A DNA stretch of 64,000 nucleotides, taken from contig JBODTK010000128.1 of assembly GCA_050613775.1 (NCBI GenBank), positions 310,001 to 374,000 of the forward strand, written 5' to 3'. The number at the start of each line of letters is the position of its first letter. The stretch's first letter is position 1. The notes under the pieces are model-generated. The model saw only the letters and a list, made by a program, of their open reading frames with translations. It was not told where the DNA came from and made no database searches. A program made the translations under genes and the position numbers. The DNA is from Neocallimastix sp. 'constans' (taxonomy: Eukaryota). This document shows positions 1 to 10,866 of this stretch, one piece after another.

Positions 1-2
1 CC

Positions 3-626
3 AAAGCTTTTCTTGACCTTCATGATATATATGTACATTATATAACAACTTACCATCCAGCATCAAATGGAGAAGTAGAGAATCGAAATAAAGAGATAAG
101 TAAATACCTACGATTACTTGGAAAATCTACCGATACTTGGGATGAAACTCTATACAGCGCTTTATGGGCTTTAAGAACCTGTAAGAATGAGGTTACAAAA
201 TATAGTAGCTTTGAATTATTATATGGAAGAAGAGACTTACAACCCTTTGAATTAACTTTAAATATAGAAAGAAGAAATGAAATGGAAAGTGAAGAAGAAT
301 ATTGGTTAAGAAAATTTATTACTCACGATAAATGGATCAAAGAAGCCATTAATAATATAGAAACAGCTAACAAATTATGGGAAGATCGTAGAAAACAAAT
401 TAAAAGATTGCGGGCTTGCTACAAACCTGGAGATTTAGTTTTAGTAAAAGTATTTAATAGACGGAAGTTGGATCCTTTTTTTACTGGACCGTTAAAAATT
501 GTTAAACAAGAATTGAATACAGTCACAGTATGCGATCCAATTACAGGAGAAATAGCCAATCGTAATATTCATCTGAAAAACGTTATTCCTTACTTCACTG
601 AAATAAATTTGGAAGAAGAAGAATAA
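3..626 (+). mobile_element. Ty3/Gypsy LTR retrotransposon integrase, C-terminal part (ORF runs in from the window edge)
   Basis: The frame is open from position 3 into the 282-626 ORF: ...YITTYHPASNGEVENRNKEI...WDETLYSALWALRT...SSFELLYGR...YKPGDLVLVK...KLDPFFTGPLKI. This gives the integrase third catalytic E region (YHPxxNGxxE) plus the GPY/F module. Confidence 0.9.
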
Positions 627-834
627 ATCAGATAGTTATAACGATAGTTATAAATAAACATTATAATAATATATATAATATAATTATATATATATAAAAA
701 AAAAAAACGCGTTTGAATTTCAACTTACAAAAATAAACATTTAGCTATTGTTGAAAAGTTTAATAAATTAATTCACATTTCTAATCCAGTAATTTCTTTT
801 ATTAGATATAAATAATAAAATATAATAAAAATAT

Positions 835-1035
835 AATAATAGATTATAATAGTAAAATATAATAGTAAAATATAATAGTAAAAAAAATAATAGTAAAATA
901 TAATAGTTAAATATAATAGTAAAATATAATAGTAAAATAGAATAGTAAAATATAATAGTAAAATAGAATAGTAAAATAGAATAGTAAAATAGAATAGTAA
1001 AATAGAATAGTAAAATAGAATAGTAAAATATAATA
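835..1035. repeat. 13-bp tandem repeat (AATAGTAAAATA[T/G]) in the retrotransposon 3' untranslated region
   Basis: Directly visible tandem units between the integrase stop and the PPT. Confidence 0.85.
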
Positions 1036-1392
1036 TTAAAATATACAAAGATATATAGACAGAATATATATAAATTAAATTTTAAATTAGTAAACAAGTA
1101 TATAATTTTATAAAATTTTATAAACAATATAACATAATTTTACAATTTACTTACCTAAAAAAAAATGTATATATATATATATGCATATACAATATAGTAT
1201 AAATTACATATATGTAATGTATACATGTACATTATTGTATGAAATTGTATATATATAATATAAAAAAAAAAAAAAAAAAAAAAATTTAAAGAATATAATA
1301 ACATTTTTTTTTAATTTTTATAAAAATTTTTATTCATTATATCCATAAACCACGACTTCAAGGGACGAAGTCTAGACAAAGTGGGGGCGTCT

Positions 1393-1951
1393 TGGTACGT
1401 TACTCACTAAAATAGAATAAATTATTAAAAATATAAGAAAATAAATAATTCTTTAGTTATTTTATTATAATAGGTATAAGGTTTAATTAGTATATAAAAT
1501 TATAATATTAATAAAAATAATTTTAATTAATAGATAACCAATAAGAATTAAGATAAATTATAGTATAAAAATAAGTGAAAGATAAAATATTAACAAAGGA
1601 GGAACTTTATAATTTAATATCTTTAAAGAATATAATAGTTAGAATAGGAATTATAAAATATTTATTCGGGTGAATAAATATTTAGGATATTTTGGTTAAT
1701 ATTATTATTAAAATATAAATTTAAAGATATAATAAAGTTATAATAAATTTAAATGTACTTATTTAAAGAACAAAACTTATAAATAAAATAAAGACTTAAA
1801 AGTAACACATTATTATTTATTAAAATTTATTATTAATTTTGTGTTATAATTTTTTTATTTATTTCTTTTATTAGAATATATTATTTTATAGTTTTACAAC
1901 TTGCTTTCCCCAAATCATATAAAAGGTACAATATATAAAAATAACGTACCA
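1393..1951 (+). mobile_element. 3' LTR of the Gypsy element (~559 bp)
   Basis: Begins TGGTACGTTA and ends TAACGTACCA (10-bp inverted termini, TG...CA). It is preceded by a purine-rich PPT-like tract (AAAGTGGGGG) and a GACTTC-n7-GAAGTC hairpin. Confidence 0.85.
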
Positions 1952-2969
1952 ACTGAGGATTGTAATAATTTAATTAAAAAATTATAATTAAATTATTAAT
2001 CATTAATATTAGCTCTAACTGCTAATATTAAAGGTTTAGAAAAGAATCATACTTACCTATGGTTCTTTCTAATTATCGAGTTTATTATAACGAATTATAA
2101 TAGACGAAACACTAAAATTGATAAGGAAAAGTTTTAATTATAAAATTTGTTTTATTAAAATAATTTGTTTTATTATTTATTAGAAATTTTAAATGTTAAA
2201 ACTATTGTTATTATTATTATATTATAATTGTTATAATAATAACTCTTGATTTCTCAAAGAGAACTCAAGAGCCTTATTTATACTTTTTTGTCAAAATAAG
2301 GTTAAAATCAAAAGGGGTTAGCTTAACAAATCTCTTATCTAGGAAAAGACTAGAAGAAAAACCTAGATAAGTTTTTTGATCGATATTCTATCCATATCGA
2401 TCGTCGCGTTAATTAAGTAAAACCGATTACTTTTAAGAAGTAATTGGAAAAACCTTAATTAACCGATTACTTAATCTAATATAATGATCGAAAATAAAAG
2501 AATAAAATAATGAAAATTATTTCGATCATAAAATTTAAAATTTAATCTATTTAGTTCTATTTTATAGAACTTTACATAAAAAATATAAAACAATACATTA
2601 ATAATAAAATACATGATTAATACAATACAGAATACATGATAGAATACAGAATACATGATAAAATACAGAATAGTGTTTTAGTTTATGATTTAATAAGTGA
2701 GAGAAAACTAAAACTAATAAATTTAATAATTAAGTGAATAATTAAATAAATTTAATATTATTTTAAATGTATAAAAATTATTTAATTAAATAAATTTTTA
2801 ATATTAAACTAAATAAAATTTTAATATATAATTAAATAAATTATTAATTATAATTAATTGTATAAATGAAATATGAGTTAAATAAAAGTTATATTAATTA
2901 TAACCTAACTAAGAAAATATAATTATTTTGTTAAAAATAATTATAGATTCTTACAAGGATTTCGTTACA
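1952..2969 (-). mobile_element. Probable second LTR (solo or partial), minus orientation
   Basis: Ends ...TTCGTTACA at 2969 (TGTAAC on minus) exactly where the MULE reading frame is cut. It contains a minus-strand TATA-like GTATAAATAAGGC and hairpins at ~2243-2271 and ~2378-2402. The left boundary is uncertain. Confidence 0.45.
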
Positions 2970-3514
2970 GTTATCATGAAGTGAAGAATAATAATGATGT
3001 ATATATTTATTATAAAGCTATTTCGAACTTACCGTTTATAAACCCTAACTATATATTTGATATTTATATTATAATAAAAAGAATTTATCAAAAAAAAAAG
3101 TATAATAATTTTCTGCAATTTTTAGAATATTTTAATAAAAATTATTTACTTAAGTATAATGTTAATAATTGGAATTATTATGAAAATATAGAGCATTTAA
3201 CAAACAATGCATCAGAATCTTATAATAGCTACTTAAATAATATATTTCCAAATAAACCTTTATTTTATAAATTAATATATATATTAAAAGAAGAAGAAAA
3301 CTTATCTTACAATGATTATCAAAGGAGAACTAAAGGAAATTGGAAAAAAAAGCAAAAAATATTTAGTGCAACTGATGAAATTAAAATTTTAATTGAAAAT
3401 TACAAAAGTAAGGAAATAAATTTATTTTATAATGGATGCAACAGAAATGAATTAATTAAATTGTGGAAAGAATGTTTAATTGATTTAAACGATATAAATA
3501 TTAATTTAAAATAA
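2970..3514 (+). pseudogene. Mutator-like (MULE) transposase C-terminal fragment, 5'-truncated by an LTR-like insertion
   Basis: Shows LPFI..., FLEYFNKNYL...WNYY...LTNNASESYNSYLN, i.e. the MULE W and TNNxxExxN (third catalytic E) motifs. The frame extends upstream (YHEV) only as far as 2970. Confidence 0.75.
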
Positions 3515-3739
3515 ATAATCTTAATTTAAAAAAATGCTAGAAAAATAAAAATTTATTTATTTTAAATTTATATTTATAATCGTTTAAATAATAATTAAAT
3601 AATCTTAATTTAAAAAAATGCTAGAAAAATACAAATTTATTTACCTATTGTGTTTATTTAATAATCTTAATAGAAATTATCTTTTAGTTATTTTTATTAA
3701 GTAATTTATAACTAAAACCGATTTATTTGATACTAGTTA

Positions 3740-3875
3740 AAATTTTATTAATATCAATATCAATATTATATAATTATAAATTTTATTAATATCAATATCA
3801 ATATTATATAATTATAAATTTTATTAATATCAATATCAATATTATATAATTATAAATTTTATTAATATCAATATA
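3740..3875. repeat. 38-bp tandem repeat, ~3.5 copies
   Basis: The unit AAATTTTATTAATATCAATATCAATATTATATAATTAT is repeated. Confidence 0.85.
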
Positions 3876-4189
3876 CTTTTCAAAATTAATTATGGTATTA
3901 AAAATATTAAATTCAATAAAAGATTTTTATTATTTTATTAAAATTATAATTGTTATTATTATATTTTAATAATAATTGATTCATATTGATCAAACATTAT
4001 AAATATTACTATGCAAATAATTAATTATTTTAATAGGATCAATTATTCAACTCTTATTGTTTTAATTTTTAATTCTTATATCATTTAAATTAATATATAT
4101 ATATATATCGTTTATGAAAATATGAATTATAAATAATTAAAATTATTTACTTTTCATTTAAATTTTTTTATTTACTATAATAAAATATA

Positions 4190-6149
4190 ATAATTAAAAG
4201 ACAAACGTTTTTATAACTAATTTTTTTTTTTTTTAGAAAAATAAATGAAAAAAATTAAAATATATAAGATTCCTATATATATAAAATAATTATTATATTT
4301 TATTTTATTATATATTTATTTTATTTTATTTTTTTTTTATTTTATTTTATTTTATTTTATTTTATTTTATTTTATTTTATTTTATTTTATTTTATTATAT
4401 ATATATATTTTTTTTTATTTTATTTTATTTTATTTTATTATATATATATATATTTTTTTTATTTTATTTTATTTTATTTTATTTTATTTTATTTTATTCA
4501 ATCTGTACTTATATTTATGTTTCTACTATTCATTTTATTTTATATTTTATTTTATTTTATTTTATTTTATTTTATTTTATTTTATTTTATTTTATTTTAT
4601 TTTATTTTATTTTATTTTATTTTATTTTATTTTATTTTATTTTATTTTATTTTATTTTATTTTATTTTATTTTATTTTATTTTATTTTATTTTATTTTAT
4701 TTTATTTTATTTTATTTTATTTTATTTTTATTAATACTTGTATTTTTAGTATAATTCAAATAATTTTTTTATTTTATTTTATTTTATTTTATTTTATTTT
4801 ATTTTATTTTATTTTATTTTATTTTATTTTATTTTATTTTATTTTATTTTATTTTATTTTATTTTATTTTATTTTATTTTATTTTATTTTATTTTATTTT
4901 ATTTTATTTTATTCAATCTGTACTTTATTTTTAATATTCTACTATTTATTTTATTTTATTTTATTTTATTTTATTTTATTTTATTTTATTTTATTTTATT
5001 CAATCTGTACTTTATTTTTAATATTCTACTATTTATTTTATTTTATTTTATTTTATTTTATTTTATTTTATTTTATTTTATTTTATTTTATTTTATTCAA
5101 TCTGTACTTTATTTTTAATATTCTACTATTTATTTTATTTTATTTTATTTTATTTTATTTTATTTTATTCAATCTGTACTTATATTTATGTTTCTACTAT
5201 TCATTTTATTTTATTTTATTTTATTTTATTCAATCTGTACTTATATTTATGTTTCTACTATTCATTTTATTTTATTTTATTTTATTTTATTCAATCTGTA
5301 CTTATATTTATGTTTCTACTATTCATTTTATTTTATTTTATTTTATTTTATTCAATCTGTACTTATATTTATGTTTCTACTATTCATTTTATTTTATTTT
5401 ATTTTATTTTATTTTATTTTATTTTATTTTATTTTATTTTATTTTATTTTATTTTATTTTATTTTATTTTATTTTATTTTATTTTATTTTATTTTATTTT
5501 ATTTTATTTTATTTTATTTTATTTTATTTTATTTTATTTTATTTTATTTTATTTTATTTTATTTTATTTTATTTTATTTTATTTTATTTTATTTATTTTA
5601 TTTTATTTTAATTTTATTTTATTTTATTTTATTTTATTTTATTTTATTTTATTTTATTTTATTTTATTTTATTTTATTTTATTTTATTTTATTTTATTTT
5701 ATTTTATTTTATTTTATTTTATTTTATTTTATTTTATTCAATCTGTACTTTCTTATTTAATATTCTACTTTTTATTTTATTTTATTATATTTTATTTTAT
5801 TCAATCTGCATTTTCTGTTGATAATATAAACAAGGTATTAATGTATTAATAATAATTAATAATATTTAAAATAAAATAAAAAAAATATAATTATTATTTT
5901 ATATACGTAGTCATTATATATATATATATATATATATATATTTTTATTTAATTTTCTAAAAAAAATTTTTTTAGTCATAATAAACGTTTGTCTTAATTAT
6001 TTTTATTATTATTTAAAAATTTATTTATTCATTTATAATTTATTCATTTATTTATTTATTTATCACATTATAATACGCCATGTTTTCCGAAATACAATAC
6101 AACAAAATACAAATTTATGTAATAAAAATTTTCGAAATGACACACCCCC
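4190..6149. mobile_element. Mutator-like/foldback segment: (ATTTT)n array bracketed by ~120-bp inverted repeats, ending in a TIR-like terminus
   Basis: 4190-4310 (AAGACAAACGTTT...) is the inverted copy of 5870-6000 (...AAACGTTTGTCTT). The right end reads ...TTCGAAATGACACACCCC. The array uses the same punctuating units as the 10.9-16 kb element. Confidence 0.55.
4290..5810. repeat. (ATTTT)n pentanucleotide array punctuated by CAATCTGTACTT- and TAATACTTGTATTTTT-containing units
   Basis: Directly visible. It is the source of the FILFY pseudo-ORFs. Confidence 0.95.
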
Positions 6150-6439
6150 TATGTTTTCATATTAAACTATATAAAAGAGGCTTATAAAAATAAAAAATTT
6201 TTAAAACTATATTCATAAATTATATAAACTATTATATATATTAATATAATATGTCCTATTTATACATAATAAACTATTTAATATTTAAAATTATAATAAA
6301 AGTTGTAATAAAATAAAAATATTAATTAAAATGTTAATTAAATTTATAAACTAAAAATACTAATTTTCTAACAAATATAAATTAAATATAAATTAATATA
6401 AATATTAAACAAGTAAATAATAAATATATATTATTAAAC

Positions 6440-6470
<31 letters not shown>

Positions 6471-7185
6471 ATTTATTATTTATTTATTATTTATTATTTA
6501 TTTATTTATTTATTTACTTATTTGTTTGTTTGTTTGTTTGTTTGTTTGTTTATTCATATTTGTTTTTAAGATATAAAAATTTGTAGATTTAAGATATAAA
6601 AATTTGTAGAATTAAATTACAACATCAAAAAGCACATTTCAAAATACAATACAAACACATTCCTAAAACATGTACATAAAAAATCTGGAATAAATGAATC
6701 TTAAGTAATAAAATATAAAATACACCTTTTTAGAAAATAAAGATTTTTCTTTTAATATTATACAATAAAACTTAATATAATATGAACAATAGCATTAAAT
6801 TAAATATGTAAGATTATAATATAATCAAATAATAATTATATATATTTAATTTAATCAATTAATATACTAAATAATAAATATACTGGTTTATATATTAAAT
6901 ATATATTTTTCAATAGTTATTAACATTAAAAAAAAAAAAAAAAAAGTATAAAAAAAGGAAAATATTCATTATTTTTAAAACTAAAAAAAAAACAAAAATA
7001 AAAAACAAACGAATTTAAATATAAAAAATAAAAAAAAAAAGTTAAATAAAATAATTTTTAAAAATATATAATTAACAATATTAATAACTATAAAAACACT
7101 AAAATTATTAAACATTTATAATTACATTTATATTATAAACTGAATTAATTTATAATATTTATTCGACTTAACAATAATATCAAAA

Positions 7186-8565
7186 ATGAAGTCTAATCGT
7201 TTTTTAGTTGCTACAGCTATTTCTTGTGTTGGCATTCTTAGTGGTTTTGATGTGGGCACATGGAATTATATATATATTATGGAATCATTCACTCGCTATT
7301 TCAGCACGAGTTCTTCAAATGGAGAAATATCAAGTTATTTAACTTTAAGTTCAGTTATTGGAGCAATAATAGGATATGTTATTGTTTTAATTCTTGGAGA
7401 TAAAATAGGACGTCAAAGGACAATGTTTATTGGTTCTTGCATTTTCATAATTGGAAGTATTGTAAAATGTATATCACCTAGAAATTATTTAATATTTATT
7501 TCAGGTTATTTTATTAATGAGTTAGCTCTTGGATGTTTAGCGGTTATTACCCCTATTTTTATTGCTGAAATTGCTCCTCATAAAACAAGAGGTCGTTATA
7601 TTTTCTATTATTTCATCTTAGCATTTTTAGGTAACGTACTTGGTAACATAACAGGTAGCATTTTATCACATTATGAAAAAATAGGAAGATTTGCACCAAA
7701 TTCAAATTTGGGATGGAAACTAGCTATTATTATAGAAATAATTATGGCCATAATTGTAACAATTATTGTGTTCTTCATTCCAAAATCACCAAGATGGTTA
7801 TGTGCTAATAAGAAAGATGAACAAGCTGTTGAAATTATTTCTAAACTTCATAATTCAACTGCTCTTGATAGCGAAGTACAAGAAGAATTTAACAGCATTA
7901 AAGATGAAGCTGCTTTCAATAGATCATCTTCTTTTGGTGGTCTTTTCAGTTCTCTTGTTGGTCGTCGTACTTTTATTGTTATTCTTATGTGTGTTTTCCA
8001 AGAAATCATCGGTGTTAATGAAGTCTACTACGTTCTAGCTCAAATGAAAGATGAAATTGGTTTTAAAGATATTATATATAAACTTTTAATTTATGTTTCT
8101 ACTTTTTTAGGTTTAATGATAGGAATATTCTTTATTGATAAAGTGGGTCGAAAATTATCATTAGTTATTGGCTCTTGTCTAATGATGATCATCCTCTTTA
8201 TAACATTTATATTTGCTGTTAAGCATGATGAAAGCACACAAAATGTAATACTTGCTATTTTGGGTTGCTTTTTATATGCAATCTGTTATCATTTTTCATG
8301 GTGTTATATTCCAGTGATCTATGCTACCGAAGTTTTTCCATATCGTGTTAGAGTAAAAGGTGTAGCCTTAAGTTTCATTTTAGGTGCGATATTCTCATTT
8401 GTCATCTCACTCATTTCTAATACTCTTGTGATTAATTTTGGTACAAAGATTCTTTTAGTTTATGGTGGTATATGTTTAGTGGTTACTATCATTTCTAAAT
8501 TATTCTTTATTGAAAGTAAAAATATTAAATTGGAAGACATGGATAATGAGTTTAGTCGTAAATAA
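7186..8565 (+). CDS. MFS sugar porter family transporter, 459 aa, intronless
   Basis: About 12 hydrophobic segments with GFDVG, GDKIGRQR, EIAPxxxRG, PKSPRWL, IDKVGRK, EVFPxxxRxKG and ESKxxxLEDM, which are sugar-porter signature motifs. Confidence 0.95.
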   Translation: MKSNRFLVATAISCVGILSGFDVGTWNYIYIMESFTRYFSTSSSNGEISSYLTLSSVIGAIIGYVIVLILGDKIGRQRTMFIGSCIFIIGSIVKCISPRNYLIFISGYFINELALGCLAVITPIFIAEIAPHKTRGRYIFYYFILAFLGNVLGNITGSILSHYEKIGRFAPNSNLGWKLAIIIEIIMAIIVTIIVFFIPKSPRWLCANKKDEQAVEIISKLHNSTALDSEVQEEFNSIKDEAAFNRSSSFGGLFSSLVGRRTFIVILMCVFQEIIGVNEVYYVLAQMKDEIGFKDIIYKLLIYVSTFLGLMIGIFFIDKVGRKLSLVIGSCLMMIILFITFIFAVKHDESTQNVILAILGCFLYAICYHFSWCYIPVIYATEVFPYRVRVKGVALSFILGAIFSFVISLISNTLVINFGTKILLVYGGICLVVTIISKLFFIESKNIKLEDMDNEFSRK

Positions 8566-9491
8566 AATGAAACATTGAAACTTAGCAATGAAATAAAATA
8601 AAATAAAAAAAATAAAAAATAAAAAAAAAAAAAAAATAAAAAATAAAAAATAAAAAATAAAAAATAAGTTGAATATAATTTTTTTTTATTTTTTTATTTT
8701 TTTTTTTTATTTTATTTTTTTTTTTTTTGTTATTAATAATAAAAATTGAATAAAAAAAAAAAAAAAAAAAGAAAAAAAGAATTAATAAAATTAATAAAAT
8801 TTAAAAATTAAATAAATAAATAAAATAAATGAATAAATAAAAATAGAAATAAAAAAAATCCGTTTTAAAATACTTTATAATAAAAATTTAAATGTAAAAT
8901 TAATAATTCTTTAGTGTTTTAGTGTAATAAAAAAAAAAAAAAAAAGCTTAGTTTTTTTTTAATTTTTAATTTTTATTTTTTTACATAATCTTTTTTCAAG
9001 GACCGTTAGGAACGCACCGGACATTCCAAAAGAGGAATGCTTTGCCAACCATACTACCCTTTCTCCAGTTAATCTGATTTCAGGGTGATTAATAAAGGAA
9101 TCAAATATTAATTTATTTAATCTATTTAAATTTATTATCTAAACTTTTTTTTAGAAATTCTAAGAATAAGGTTTTAAGAAGGAGAGGAACTAAGTATTGT
9201 GCTACTTTTATCTTTTATATCCAAAATAGTCATATGACAAGTGTAAATATAATAATAAAACTTAATAGAAACATTAATAATATAAAATATATTAATAATA
9301 GAAACTTTAAAAATATAAAATATATTAATAATAAAAATTGTTAAGTGATTAAAATATTATTAAAGTAGTACAATATTAAATAATTATAATAATTAATAGT
9401 AACTATAACTAATTTATAAAATACGTTAGTCAAATTAATCCAATTATTATATTTTTTTATTTAATATTCTAATATTTTAATATTTATTAAG

Positions 9492-9773
9492 TTGGTATTG
9501 GTTTTTTAAATGTAGTTCATTTCACAATGTGGCGTATTTTATATATGGCTTGCTTTTTTGTAATTTTAATAAATAATATTCTTTTTTTTTATATATAATT
9601 TATTAATATTCATTTTAAAAATAATTTTTTTTTATTTTTTTAATAGAATATATTATTATTTATTTTGAAATAATTATTTATATATTTATTTGTGATTGTA
9701 CAGAATATTTTAAAAATGTATGGCTTTATTTTTAAAATATTAATAAGCTACATTGCGAAATGCACAATCCCCC
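9492..9773 (+). mobile_element. Mutator-like MITE, ~300-bp family
   Basis: Left side CATTTCACAATGTGGCGTATTTT, right end GCGAAATGCACAATCCCCC. The body matches copies at ~29.8-30.4, 33.9 and 48.0-49.8 kb. The left boundary is approximate. Confidence 0.65.
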
Positions 9774-9815
9774 TGTTTTTTAATTTATTTCTAATCCTTA
9801 CTTTCATTATTTATT

Positions 9816-10645
9816 GGAAGAGTTGCATTTCGCCAAATGACGTAGTATTAAAATGCTGCATTTCTATAAGTGGAGTGTTGATATAAATAAATGAATAAAT
9901 AAATAAATAATAATTCAAAATGTTTTTTTTTATATTAAAGATTGTTTTATTAATATAAATTTATTATTTATAGAATATAAAAGATTTAAAGTACAGAAAA
10001 TTACATGTATTTATATTTAATTATGGCTTGTTCTAGATACATATTAATTTATATTTAATTTATAATTACAATGTATTTAATATAATTTAATTTAATATTT
10101 TATTAAACTTAAGCTAGAATATAACTTCATATTAATAAAGTTAACATTTTAAACTTGTTTTTATTCAATATTAATAATATTTAATTTTCAAATTTGACGA
10201 AATGCAACTTGGAATTTGACGAAATGTCACATTTTTTAATATGCCACATGCTTTCAAAAAAAATGGCGAAATGCCCACTCCCTTATTTATTATTTTTGTC
10301 ATATTACATTGTTAAAATTTAAAACTTTTTAGTTGAACGTTTAATTATTAATATAATATGAAGTAATTTTTACTGTTTGTATAAATAAATAAGTATTAGA
10401 ATAGTTATAACTAAATTAAAAAATGATTAATAGTACTTATAATATGTTATAAATAAATTAACTTAAAAAAAAAAAAAAAGAGATGTACAATAAATAGTTA
10501 TAGTATATATATTAGGAGCGGGGCATTTCGTTAAATTTAAAATCATTAAATAAATAAACAAATAAATAAAATTAAATATTATTATTTTGTTAATATTGAA
10601 TAAAAACAAGTTTAAAAAAATTATTTTTAATTTTTATTTATTAAT

Positions 10646-10692
<47 letters not shown>

Positions 10693-10757
10693 TATCAATA
10701 CTCCACTTAGCGGAATGCAACCTAGTGAAATGCATTTTGGGAAAATGTAACTCTCCC
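9816..10757. mobile_element. Composite of two inverted MITE-like units (9816-10282 and 10515-10757)
   Basis: Outer ends GGAAGAGTTGCATTT and AAATGTAACTCTCCC; inner ends CGAAATGCCCACTCCC and GGAGCGGGGCATTTCG. The 9-bp flanks TTATTTATT and ATATATATT match at 7/9. Confidence 0.6.
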
Positions 10758-10866
10758 ATATATATTGATATAAAATGAAATATTCAAACCTTTAATGTAA
10801 AATAATTTTTATGATCCAAACATAAATTAATGTCATAAATCAAATTTAAAACTAATAATTTTATGA

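Noticed and set aside
4517..5849. Long FILFY-repeat ORFs (also at 11-13 kb, 15 kb, 22 kb, 39 kb)
   Set aside because: Stop-free translations of (ATTTT)n or (TTTATTA)n microsatellites.
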